A DNA stretch of 32,001 nucleotides from a virus (IMGVR_UViG_3300043464_001836:1-32001); one strand, 5' to 3'; shown: positions 9,263-17,761, counted from the first letter of the stretch. The notes: generated by a model from the letters alone, not told the origin. Made by a program: numbers and translations.

Positions 9263-11344
9263 ATGACAACATGGTACAGAACAGGTACTATAAGTATGAA
9301 TACCAGTGCAACTACCGAGAGTTATCTCGGAATTAGTTATACTGGTAGGCAAATTGTAACCGCGGGGAGCACTGCTCCCTTGTGGTCTTCTTCTTTACTT
9401 AGTATTGGAGAAGGAATCCAGCTTCCTGATGGAAGAGTTTACGAAATTGCTGCCCTAAATCAGGCAACACAAAAAGTATATATTACTAGTGAGTATAGTT
9501 CTACTAGCTTTACTAATCAGGCTTACCAGATTCTACCTATGCAGGGGTATATTAAGTCCCTAGCTAACAGAGCGGCCGAACTAGTATCTAGTTATGGTAC
9601 TGCTATAGACTCTGCTTTAGCAGGTAAGTTCTCAGATGGTACAGAATCCGCTCCTGGAATTAGTTATGTAGCAGATACCGATACTGGTATTAGGCGTGTT
9701 GCTAGTGGTACTCAGGCTATTGTTGCAAACGGAGTAGCCGTAGTAACAGTTGGTCCCGCAGGGTTAGAGGCAACTACTATAGATACTACTAATTTAGAAG
9801 TTACCAATATCAAAGCTAAAGATGGTACTTCTTCCATAACTGTGTCTGACTCTAGTGGTAACGTATCTATATCTAAGAATGTTACTTTGGGAGACGCTAC
9901 TACAGATACTGTTACTGTTAAGGGTTATATGTCTATAGGAGGTAATCCTCTAGTCAGTTCAGGTTTATATATCTCCCCTAATGCTCTGAGCTCTAGTTCA
10001 CAGTACGGACTAGTTAGTAGTATAGTTACTACCACCGGAGCTACTTCTCAAGCGGTTGGAGTCTACTCAGATGTAACTACACCTGCATCAGTATTTACAG
10101 TGGGTTCAATATACGCGTACTATGCTGGAAACGCTATTAAAGGTGCAGGATCTGTAATAACTAGTGCGCACGGATTATACATCGCAGACCAGACTCAGGG
10201 CACTAACAACTACGGCATTACCTCCGCAGTATCTTCAGGTACTAACAAGTGGAATATCTATGCTTCTGGTACAGCTACTAACTATTTTGCTGGTAGTGTA
10301 AGTATTGGCACTTCAACGCTTAACGCTTGGGCTTCTACATATAAATATATAACAGCATACTTCTCTGGTGGTTTATTTAGTAGTGCTTCCGGTGACGTTG
10401 GTATGGTATCTGGTGCATACAATAATGGAACTAATTGGATTTATACGTATACCCAGAGCCCTACTAAGTATGAGTTTGGCCCCAGTATAGGCCGACACGC
10501 TTTTTATACGGCATCTACGGGTACCGTTGGAAATACGGTTACCTTTACTGAGCGTCTTGGAATTAATCAAACAGAAGTAGTATTTAATGATACTAGTAGT
10601 GACTATGACTTCCGTGTAGAATCTGACACGAATACTCATGCTCTATTTATAGATGCATCTACTAGTAAAGTAGGTATTAATAACTCTACACCCTCTGAAG
10701 CATTATCTGTTATAGGTAGCGTAACTGCTAGCGTATCTATTACAGAAGCTGGTAAAGCTGTAGTATCACAAGCAGACGTAGGTACTGAACCTAACCAGGT
10801 ACCTCTTAACCAGTACCTTGGCCAGATGGCCTACCGTGACAACGTAGAGCTACCAATCCTCCCAGGCGCTGGTATTACGTTGGGCACCGGCACGATCTGC
10901 AAGGGGGCGTACACGTCGGAGAGTATGCTTAAGCAGGTCCGAATCGTTGTTGACCTGACCGGCCTCAAGGGTGGGGGTACGGCCGGCGACCTGATCGGGA
11001 GCGACTCCACCACGATCAACTCCACGAAACAACCTTGCTTCATAGGACAAGTACCTCCAGGTATGACTGTACTAGGCGGACGTATGACCTGTTTAGAAAC
11101 ACCAGCAGGTGGAGGTACCGACATAGACCTATACTCAGCTCTAGAAGGTACAGGGGTTCATGATAGTGCAGTAGGTGGCCTAACCGAAACACAACTTATT
11201 AACGCGGGTGTTCAAGCTATAGGGGCAGTAACTTATCTTGTAGCAGATCCTGCTACAGCTTCCTACCTGTATCTCGTCAGCCAGGGCACCAGCACCACCG
11301 CATATACAGCCGGCCGATTCCTGGTCGAGCTGTTTGGAGTGTAA
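9263..11344 (+). CDS. Side tail fibre protein (693 aa)
   Basis: N-terminal TWYRTGTIS anchor-type motif, DGTESAPGISY..DTDTG motif, Ser/Thr-rich beta repeats, VGTEPNQVPLNQYLGQMAY motif; SD AAGGAG upstream; follows J. Confidence 0.8.
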   Translation: MTTWYRTGTISMNTSATTESYLGISYTGRQIVTAGSTAPLWSSSLLSIGEGIQLPDGRVYEIAALNQATQKVYITSEYSSTSFTNQAYQILPMQGYIKSLANRAAELVSSYGTAIDSALAGKFSDGTESAPGISYVADTDTGIRRVASGTQAIVANGVAVVTVGPAGLEATTIDTTNLEVTNIKAKDGTSSITVSDSSGNVSISKNVTLGDATTDTVTVKGYMSIGGNPLVSSGLYISPNALSSSSQYGLVSSIVTTTGATSQAVGVYSDVTTPASVFTVGSIYAYYAGNAIKGAGSVITSAHGLYIADQTQGTNNYGITSAVSSGTNKWNIYASGTATNYFAGSVSIGTSTLNAWASTYKYITAYFSGGLFSSASGDVGMVSGAYNNGTNWIYTYTQSPTKYEFGPSIGRHAFYTASTGTVGNTVTFTERLGINQTEVVFNDTSSDYDFRVESDTNTHALFIDASTSKVGINNSTPSEALSVIGSVTASVSITEAGKAVVSQADVGTEPNQVPLNQYLGQMAYRDNVELPILPGAGITLGTGTICKGAYTSESMLKQVRIVVDLTGLKGGGTAGDLIGSDSTTINSTKQPCFIGQVPPGMTVLGGRMTCLETPAGGGTDIDLYSALEGTGVHDSAVGGLTETQLINAGVQAIGAVTYLVADPATASYLYLVSQGTSTTAYTAGRFLVELFGV

Positions 11345-11347
11345 ACA

Positions 11348-13153
11348 ATGGCCATCAGAAACCTATTCCCTGGAATCAAACCGTCGCTGAATCTGGATTT
11401 TGCCAATACAAAACAGCTTGATCCTCGTATCACATTTGCCCGCGCCACTCCGGGCAATTACTATGACGGCAAGACGTTTGCGAAAGCAGAAGAAAACCTA
11501 CTCTCCTATTCTCAAGATTTTGCTAACGCATCTTGGGGCAAAGAATCCATCTCTATAGTAGGTGACAGCGCCGTCGCGCCGGATGGGACAAGCACGGCAG
11601 ACTCCATGGTGGAGAGTTCGGCGTCGTTCTGGCACAGAGCAAGCAAACCAATAGGAAGCAGTGGCTCGTTTGTTTTAAGCGTTTACGCCAAACCATTGGC
11701 TGGCTCAAGATATTTGACCCTTGGCGCAGCGGTTAATGGAGGTGACCATGCGAGCGCAACATTTGACTTATCTGCGCTAACCAGCACGACCTATAACGGT
11801 GGTTCAACACTATCCATATCGGCAGCAGCAGTAACTACCGTAGGGTCTTGGCTCCGCTGTTCAATTACTTTTTCTAGTTCAGCAACCATAGAGTCGGCTT
11901 ATATAGGTTTGAATAATGCCTCGTCGTTTAGTGTTGGCTCTAGGGGATTTAACACATATACAGGTGACGGCACATCTGGACTCTACGTGTGGGGCGCCCA
12001 ACTTGAGCAACGCTCCAGTGTCACAGCCTACACCCCAACTACATCGCAGCCCATCACCAATTACATCCCAGTGTTGATGACTGCACCAGCCGGTGTGGCA
12101 CGGTTTGATCACAACCCAGTTACGGGTGAGAGCCTGGGGCTATTGATCGAGGAGCAGCGCGTTAATCTTCTGACGTATTCGGAGCAGTTCGATAATGTGG
12201 CGTGGACCGCTACCAATTGTTCGGTTGCCGCAAATGCAATCGTAGCCCCTGACGGGGCGCTTACAGCCGATAAAGTGAAAGCATCGGCTGGAACAAATCA
12301 GAAAAGCATTAACAGAAACGGATCACAGGTAACTGCCACTATCGGAACCACGTATACATACAGTGTTTATCTGAAAGCGGCAGAGCAAACGAGCGTGGTG
12401 CTTTACTTTCAAAATGCGGCATCTTCGGGGTATGTGACATTTAACCTAAGTGCCGGCACTGCTAGTGCAGGTGGCAGCATCACCTCGGTTGGTAATGGTT
12501 GGTACAGGTGCTCAATATCAGGGGTTGCAACAACTGCAAGCGTTTACCCCCTGATGTACTTCTCGCTCGCCAGTATTACAGGCGACGGCTACTCAGGCTT
12601 TTATACATGGGGCGCTCAACTCGAAGCCGGAGCATTCGCCACCAGCTACATCAAAACCGAAGCAAGCCAGGTAACTAGGAGTGCCGATGACGCCAAGATG
12701 ACCGGGACTAACTTCAGTAGTTGGTATAGTCAGGATGCCGGTACCTTCTTCGGTCACTACTCACACGCGTCTACTACAACTAACTATCCTGTCTGCCTAG
12801 ATGTTACCTCTGGTTCATTTCATAATGAAATTACTCTCTATGGGGAAGCCGCTATTGGCGAGCAGTTCTTTGTTCGCTCTCTGAATGTTACGCAGGCAAA
12901 TATCACTGCGTCATCTAAGTTCGCATCAGGTGTATTCGGTAAGATTGCGGGCGCATATAGCACAAACGCAATGGCGGCGGCAGCCAATGGGGCGGCTGCC
13001 GTCTCGGATGCACTTGGAACAGTTCCGCAGGTTGACAGGATGCACATAGGCCAAGGTTACGAAAATGTTTACCAGCTAAATGGTACTATCAAGCGCATTG
13101 CGTATTACCCTGAGCGCCTTACTAACGAGCAGTTGCAGGCACTTACTTATTAA
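11348..13153 (+). CDS. Lectin-like fibre protein A (601 aa): two GhsB/head-spike-fibre-like beta-sandwich domains plus a putative LamG-like C-terminal domain
   Basis: Two internal repeats of NLL.YS..F...APDG..TAD...SVY.K...F.L...G.W.RC...WGAQLE; paralog of 13164..15008. Confidence 0.7.
   Translation: MAIRNLFPGIKPSLNLDFANTKQLDPRITFARATPGNYYDGKTFAKAEENLLSYSQDFANASWGKESISIVGDSAVAPDGTSTADSMVESSASFWHRASKPIGSSGSFVLSVYAKPLAGSRYLTLGAAVNGGDHASATFDLSALTSTTYNGGSTLSISAAAVTTVGSWLRCSITFSSSATIESAYIGLNNASSFSVGSRGFNTYTGDGTSGLYVWGAQLEQRSSVTAYTPTTSQPITNYIPVLMTAPAGVARFDHNPVTGESLGLLIEEQRVNLLTYSEQFDNVAWTATNCSVAANAIVAPDGALTADKVKASAGTNQKSINRNGSQVTATIGTTYTYSVYLKAAEQTSVVLYFQNAASSGYVTFNLSAGTASAGGSITSVGNGWYRCSISGVATTASVYPLMYFSLASITGDGYSGFYTWGAQLEAGAFATSYIKTEASQVTRSADDAKMTGTNFSSWYSQDAGTFFGHYSHASTTTNYPVCLDVTSGSFHNEITLYGEAAIGEQFFVRSLNVTQANITASSKFASGVFGKIAGAYSTNAMAAAANGAAAVSDALGTVPQVDRMHIGQGYENVYQLNGTIKRIAYYPERLTNEQLQALTY
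11466..11502 (+). repeat. Direct repeat, copy 1 (37 bp, 35/37 identical to 13279-13315)
   Basis: ACGGCAAGACGTTTGCGAAAGC is identical for 22 bp in both genes; manual alignment. Confidence 0.9.
11999..12138 (+). repeat. Direct repeat, copy 1 (140 bp, 132/140 identical to 13827-13966)
   Basis: Manual alignment; the first 44 bp are identical. Encodes QLEQRSSVTAYTPTTSQPITNY(I/L)PVLMTAPAGVARFDHNPVTGESLG. Confidence 0.92.
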
Positions 13154-13163
13154 GGAATAAATA

Positions 13164-15008
13164 ATGATTAAAACTAATTTTCCAACCATTAAGCCAACAC
13201 TGAATCTTGACTTCGCAGGTACTAAGCAATTAGACCCCCGTATCGAGTTCACACGTGCTACTGCGGCCACTTGCTACAACGGCAAGACGTTTGCGAAAGC
13301 GGAAGAGAACCTACTGTTATATTCGCAAGAGTTTGATAACATTTACTGGACAAAAGCAAATAGCTCTGTCACTACAAATACAGTAGTGGCACCGGACGGA
13401 GCAGCAACTGCTGATACAGTCCTTGAGACTGCTGTATCAAGTAGGCACGGCATTGAGAGACTGAACATTATTGTGCCTAGTGCTGATCATGTGTTGAGTG
13501 TTTACGTAAAAGCAGCCGGAAGGACTTTTGTTACCCTGGCGCTTAACCCCCAAGCCAGTACGTCTGTTTGGGGGGCGGCAATTTTTGATCTTTCTACAGG
13601 AATAGTTGCATCAACTAACGCCACATCTGGAATAGCCGCCTCTGCCTATATTGTTAACGCGGGGAATGGATGGTATCGCTGTATCTTAAATTGCAATTTG
13701 GGTACCACAACCAGTGCCTACGCGTTTGTAACTACCGCGACAGACGGCACCACGTACAGCGTAGATTTTCGTGGTACTCAGGTTTTGGTCGGTGACATTA
13801 CAAAAGGAATTTACGCATGGGGAGCTCAACTTGAGCAACGCTCCAGTGTCACAGCCTACACCCCAACTACGTCGCAACCCATCACCAACTATCTCCCGGT
13901 GTTGATGACTGCACCAGCCGGCGTGGCACGGTTTGACCACAACCCAGTTACGGGTGAGAGCCTGGGATTACTGGTAGAGGGGCCGAGCACAAATCTGCTG
14001 ACGTACTCTGAGGAATTTAGCAATACGGCATGGAGTAAAGATGCCGTACTTACAGCAGATAACGTAGTCGTATCTCCCGACGGCTTACTGCATGGCTGTA
14101 AGATCGTACCAACCACTACTAATACTAGTCACCGTGTTTACCAATCTCAGAGTGTGTCTGGGTCCTCCGGTGTACACACAGTCTATGTGAAGTCTGCGGG
14201 TTACAATAAGATAGCTATACGGGATGCACATACTACTGGGCTTTATACCGCTTTCGATTTAAGCCAAGGTACTCCTATAGCTGGGGGCACAGCATCAACC
14301 CCCTATATTACCTCAGTAGGTAACGGATGGTATAGGTGTTCGATTGTAATTGTAGGTGCCCCAACTCAGGCTATAAGCATACAAGTATTACCTAACTCGT
14401 ACACCACAGGTTCAGTAGTTGACGCCTGGGCAGGCGATGGCTACTCTGGCATTTACATCTGGGGTGCACAACTAGAAGCTGGAGCATTCACCACCAGCTA
14501 TATCAAAACCGGAGCATCGCAAGTGACAAGAAGTATCGACGACGCAAAGATGACAGGTGCCAATTTTAGCAGCTGGTATCGTCAGGATGCCGGCACTTTC
14601 TTTGCAAATGTAAATGGGTCTTCGCTAGGCAATAGGTTTGTCTATTCGGTAGACAACGGTACCAGCACATCCGGCAACAACTATATGCACAGTGCTTTTG
14701 AGACAAACAAACACTTTAACGTGGTGAGTTCTGGTAACACGGTTGCACAGCTTGACGCTGGAACCTGCACGGCAAATGCCTTCGCAAAGTTTGCTTGTGC
14801 CTACACGGTAAATGACTTTGCGGCATCGCTAAATGGTGGCTCTATGGCATCTGATCCATCCGGGAATTTGCCTATTGGACTATCCAGGCTACTAATCGGA
14901 AACGCTTATGATTACGCGCCACAAAACAACATAAATGGCACAATCAAGCGTCTGGCCTACTACCCTGCACGTCTCACAAACGCACAATTGCAAGCATTAA
15001 CGGAGTAA
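13164..15008 (+). CDS. Lectin-like fibre protein B (614 aa), paralog of protein A
   Basis: Same architecture: IKPTLNLDFAGTKQLDPRI.FTRAT N-terminus, two NLL.YS...WGAQLE domains, C-terminal INGTIKRLAYYP.RLTN.QLQALT. Confidence 0.7.
   Translation: MIKTNFPTIKPTLNLDFAGTKQLDPRIEFTRATAATCYNGKTFAKAEENLLLYSQEFDNIYWTKANSSVTTNTVVAPDGAATADTVLETAVSSRHGIERLNIIVPSADHVLSVYVKAAGRTFVTLALNPQASTSVWGAAIFDLSTGIVASTNATSGIAASAYIVNAGNGWYRCILNCNLGTTTSAYAFVTTATDGTTYSVDFRGTQVLVGDITKGIYAWGAQLEQRSSVTAYTPTTSQPITNYLPVLMTAPAGVARFDHNPVTGESLGLLVEGPSTNLLTYSEEFSNTAWSKDAVLTADNVVVSPDGLLHGCKIVPTTTNTSHRVYQSQSVSGSSGVHTVYVKSAGYNKIAIRDAHTTGLYTAFDLSQGTPIAGGTASTPYITSVGNGWYRCSIVIVGAPTQAISIQVLPNSYTTGSVVDAWAGDGYSGIYIWGAQLEAGAFTTSYIKTGASQVTRSIDDAKMTGANFSSWYRQDAGTFFANVNGSSLGNRFVYSVDNGTSTSGNNYMHSAFETNKHFNVVSSGNTVAQLDAGTCTANAFAKFACAYTVNDFAASLNGGSMASDPSGNLPIGLSRLLIGNAYDYAPQNNINGTIKRLAYYPARLTNAQLQALTE
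13279..13315 (+). repeat. Direct repeat, copy 2 of 11466-11502
   Basis: Manual alignment, 2 mismatches. Confidence 0.9.
13827..13966 (+). repeat. Direct repeat, copy 2 of 11999-12138
   Basis: Manual alignment, 8 mismatches. Confidence 0.92.
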
Positions 15009-15010
15009 CT

Positions 15011-15268
15011 ATGGAAAACGAAATTATTGAACAATCAACCTGGCCAAAATATTCAGGAAGTACAGTTACGCTAGACGTAATAGGTGCAATGTACTCCGAG
15101 GAGGCACAGCTACCTGGATATTACGTAAACGCTACAGCTCCAGTACCTGAGTGGGAACATCTTAAGGTCACCCCAAACAGCCCCACCCGCGTCTTCTGGG
15201 GTTGTGACACCCACTTCTACGTATTCGGGGACGAAGCCGAGTTTCTTAGTTCTCCAGCAGAGCTATGA
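15011..15268 (+). CDS. Small fibre-associated protein, possibly an assembly chaperone (85 aa)
   Basis: GGAG SD; LDVIG...GYYVN...VTP.SPTRVF pattern typical of small genes downstream of phage fibres. Function inferred from position. Confidence 0.5.
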   Translation: MENEIIEQSTWPKYSGSTVTLDVIGAMYSEEAQLPGYYVNATAPVPEWEHLKVTPNSPTRVFWGCDTHFYVFGDEAEFLSSPAEL

Positions 15269-15585
15269 TATTATACTGGGATTTTCTCATACCTAAGAAA
15301 TATGATGCTATTACTATAGGACCCCAAATTGTAATGCGTAAAGCTAGTAAAGGTGATATTGGGTTACTAGAGCATGAAAAGGTACACGTAAAGCAGTTCT
15401 GGAAGTTTCTACTACTACACCCTATTCTATATTACTTTAGTAAGAAGTATAGGTGTAACGCTGAGGTAGAGGCTTTTAAGAAGCAGTTAGAGTACTCTCC
15501 TAATAGTAAAGACTTATATGCCTACTACCTTAGTACTAATTATGGGTTAGATATTACAGTAGAGGAGGCTAAGTTACTCCTATGA
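15265..15585 (+). CDS. Small zincin-like metallopeptidase (HEXXH)
   Basis: AITIGP...LLEHEKVHVKQ...EVEAF: HEXXH with a downstream Glu as possible third ligand. Confidence 0.6.
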   Translation: MILYWDFLIPKKYDAITIGPQIVMRKASKGDIGLLEHEKVHVKQFWKFLLLHPILYYFSKKYRCNAEVEAFKKQLEYSPNSKDLYAYYLSTNYGLDITVEEAKLLL

Positions 15586-15842
15586 AATTTACTGAACTTA
15601 TTAAAGACGCACCAGATGCTAAACTATCTAGCTCTAGACTCTGGTTTAATATAGCAAATACTGCCGCTACGGCAGTATTTCTATATGCTTCATTTAAAGC
15701 TTCTCAACATATACCTATTAACCTAGACGGATTAACCTGGTATACTCTAGCCTATATGGGTGTGGTTACTAGTAATAAATTCGCTAACAAGTTTGTGGAG
15801 AAAAGATATGGTAGTAATACAGAACAGAAGACGCCTGGATAA
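15582..15842 (+). CDS. Putative holin (2 TM, DUF2644-like)
   Basis: KLSSSRLWFNIANTAATAVFL...WYTLAYMGVV followed by a basic C-terminus; upstream of spanins and endolysin. Confidence 0.55.
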   Translation: MKFTELIKDAPDAKLSSSRLWFNIANTAATAVFLYASFKASQHIPINLDGLTWYTLAYMGVVTSNKFANKFVEKRYGSNTEQKTPG

Positions 15843-16200
15843 AGAGCTAATACCTCTTAAGTTGGCACTAGGATTAACTTCTGTAATTACCGCATTCAGT
15901 TTACTAATGCCAGGTAACGGACTGGACTGTGAGGCTTTTGTACTACTAAGAGAAGTCGCTAATGAACAAATAGTTATGCTATACTTTATGGTACTTGGCT
16001 TAGCAACAATGCTGGGGTTGTATAAGAGTAATAAGATTTTTGATACCATTCTCAATACAGCTAATATTATTACTTGGACATTTGTATCTATTGGTGTATA
16101 CGTTAGTATGTTTCCATTCATTCCAGCTATTAACTCAGCATATACTATGTTATCACTAATGTCTATATGGGTGTATACAAGAAGTAATATAAGGTACTAG
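15808..16200 (+). CDS. Four-TM membrane protein (130 aa), holin/antiholin candidate
   Basis: Start moved from 15760 to ATG 15808, which has GGAG at 15797-15800; four hydrophobic segments. Confidence 0.55.
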   Translation: MVVIQNRRRLDKELIPLKLALGLTSVITAFSLLMPGNGLDCEAFVLLREVANEQIVMLYFMVLGLATMLGLYKSNKIFDTILNTANIITWTFVSIGVYVSMFPFIPAINSAYTMLSLMSIWVYTRSNIRY

Positions 16201-16202
16201 GT

Positions 16203-16655
16203 ATGGTTATAGATAGTTTAGACCCTGTTATGTGGACCGGTATGGCCACTATGCTAGTTGTTGCTCTATCCCATGCTCTACGCAATCTATGGAAGAAAAC
16301 TCTACAGGATAGCATAGAGATTGATGATAGTAAGAAACATAGCGACCTAATTAAAACCCTCCTAGAGGAAAGAGCAACACATAATAACGACCTGCTTACT
16401 TGTTATGATAAGTACAATAAGCTAGTATCTGAGTATGGCGAGATACTTTCTAGTACTAAAGAAGCTAGAAGAGAAATTGAGGCTCTAAGACTCGAAGTAA
16501 GAGACTTAAAGCTAGAGATAGAAATTCAACAGCATTCATATACAAAGCAAGTATCTGAACTATCTTTAAAGCTAGACGATGCTATTAAGGAGAAGTTAGA
16601 GTTATACGCTGAGAATATTCGGCTAAAGGAGCAGTTAAGTAATGCTAGCAAATAA
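16203..16655 (+). CDS. Membrane-anchored coiled-coil protein in the lysis cassette (150 aa)
   Basis: One N-terminal hydrophobic helix (VMWTGMATMLVVALSHAL) followed by a long charged heptad region. Confidence 0.55.
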   Translation: MVIDSLDPVMWTGMATMLVVALSHALRNLWKKTLQDSIEIDDSKKHSDLIKTLLEERATHNNDLLTCYDKYNKLVSEYGEILSSTKEARREIEALRLEVRDLKLEIEIQQHSYTKQVSELSLKLDDAIKEKLELYAENIRLKEQLSNASK

Positions 16656-16977
16656 GTATTTAATTTATATTGGAACAGCTATAGTTGTAGCTGCTTTAGC
16701 GCTAGGGTACTATAAGGGCTACTCTGATAAAGCAGATGAGGTACAGTTAAAAGCTTACCAAGACTTTGTAGCTGTTTCAGAGAAGCTAGATAAAGTATAT
16801 AACTTCTCAGTAGGTAAAGCAGAAGAAACTAGACTTTACGTTTCTACAACTGAGGGTAAACTTAATAGTATTATTAAAGGTCTGAATAAGCCTCTCACTA
16901 GTGTACCTTGTGTGCCTAGTGAGGACTTTTCTAGTAAATGGAACGAGTTAAATAATGCAGCTATTATCAGTAATTAG
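16642..16977 (+). CDS. Inner-membrane spanin (Rz-like)
   Basis: N-terminal TM helix ending GYYKGY, helical periplasmic part, Pro/Cys near the C-terminus; overlaps a lipoprotein gene. Confidence 0.75.
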   Translation: MLANKYLIYIGTAIVVAALALGYYKGYSDKADEVQLKAYQDFVAVSEKLDKVYNFSVGKAEETRLYVSTTEGKLNSIIKGLNKPLTSVPCVPSEDFSSKWNELNNAAIISN

Positions 16978-17212
16978 TTTATGTGTTCTGCTAGGTGGTT
17001 GCTGCGCTCCAATGCCTAAGCCTCCTAAGTTTGATAGTTATTTAACTACTGAGTGTGCTACTCTGCAGGATACTAGTGGATTTAAATCGTTTGAGGCAGT
17101 ACTGGAACAGAAAGCTAAAGATGTACTAGTACTAGCAGAGTGTGCTAAAAAACAAAAGAGCTTAGCAGAAGCTGTTAAGCGATATGAGGTAGAGTTCAAT
17201 GCAACTAAGTAA
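16955..17212 (+). CDS. Outer-membrane spanin lipoprotein (Rz1-like)
   Basis: Signal peptide with lipobox LGG-C, Pro-rich segment after the Cys, further Cys residues; 23-bp overlap with the i-spanin. Confidence 0.8.
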   Translation: MQLLSVISLCVLLGGCCAPMPKPPKFDSYLTTECATLQDTSGFKSFEAVLEQKAKDVLVLAECAKKQKSLAEAVKRYEVEFNATK

Positions 17213-17651
17213 GAATTTTAGCTTAAAAGAGCTAACTAGAAGTGATGTAGCTACTAGGAAAGGACTTACCAATATTCCTAATTCTAGCGCTACTATTAAC
17301 CTAGAGGTACTAGCCATTTCTGTTCTACAACCAATACGTGATAAGTTTGGCTCAGTTAAAGTACTAAGTGGTTATAGAAGTCCTGAAGTAAACAGAGAAG
17401 TAGGAGGTTCTAAGACTTCCGACCACATGGAAGGTTCCGCTGCTGATATTGAAGTTCCTGGTGTTTCTAACTATGAAGTAGCTAAATGGATCAGAGATAA
17501 TCTAGACTTTCGCCAGCTAATTCTAGAGTTCTACACTCCTGGAGACCCTAACTCAGGTTGGGTACACGTTTCACACGGTACTAAGAAGCAGGTACTAACG
17601 GCAGTAAAAGAGAAAGGTGCTACAGTCTATAAAGTTGGACTAGTAGCATAA
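17199..17651 (+). CDS. Endolysin, peptidase M15 family
   Basis: QLSKNFSLKEL..S, SGYRS..VN..VGG..TSDH..G.AADI and GWVHVS zinc-ligand motifs. Confidence 0.92.
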   Translation: MQLSKNFSLKELTRSDVATRKGLTNIPNSSATINLEVLAISVLQPIRDKFGSVKVLSGYRSPEVNREVGGSKTSDHMEGSAADIEVPGVSNYEVAKWIRDNLDFRQLILEFYTPGDPNSGWVHVSHGTKKQVLTAVKEKGATVYKVGLVA

Positions 17652-17654
17652 AAG

Positions 17655-17691
17655 AAAAGCCCCTAACGGATTCCTCTGTTAGGGGCTTTTT
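17655..17691. terminator. Bidirectional rho-independent terminator between the convergent operons
   Basis: AAAAGCCCCTAAC (17655-17667) pairs with GTTAGGGGCTTTT (17678-17690); A-tract on the left, T-tract on the right; immediately after the endolysin stop. Confidence 0.9.
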
Positions 17692-17759
17692 CAATTTGGT
17701 TCGGTTTTCAATTTGGTTCGGTTTTCAATTTGGTTCGGTTTTAAATTTGGTTCGGTTTT
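17692..17759. repeat. Tandem repeat, 4 x 17 bp CAATTTGGTTCGGTTTT
   Basis: Copies start at 17692, 17709, 17726 and 17743 (the last has C>A at position 1); no spacers; non-coding. Confidence 0.95.
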
Positions 17760-17761
17760 CA

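Noticed and set aside
11999-13966. Diversity-generating retroelement template/variable repeat pair
   Set aside because: The 8 mismatches are not adenine-specific (four are C/T), both copies are in-frame coding in mid-protein, and no reverse transcriptase is in the window.
9263-15268. Invertible shufflon for fibre switching
   Set aside because: All fibre genes are on the same strand, the repeats are direct, and I saw no site-specific recombinase or inverted crossover sites.
664-17212. Other short minus-strand ORFs inside the late genes, and 10850..11050
   Set aside because: They lie within or across well-supported + strand genes, show no motifs and are expected from TAG/TAA-poor antisense frames.
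17692-17759. Mini CRISPR array
   Set aside because: Units are contiguous with no spacers, only 17 bp long, and no cas genes are present.
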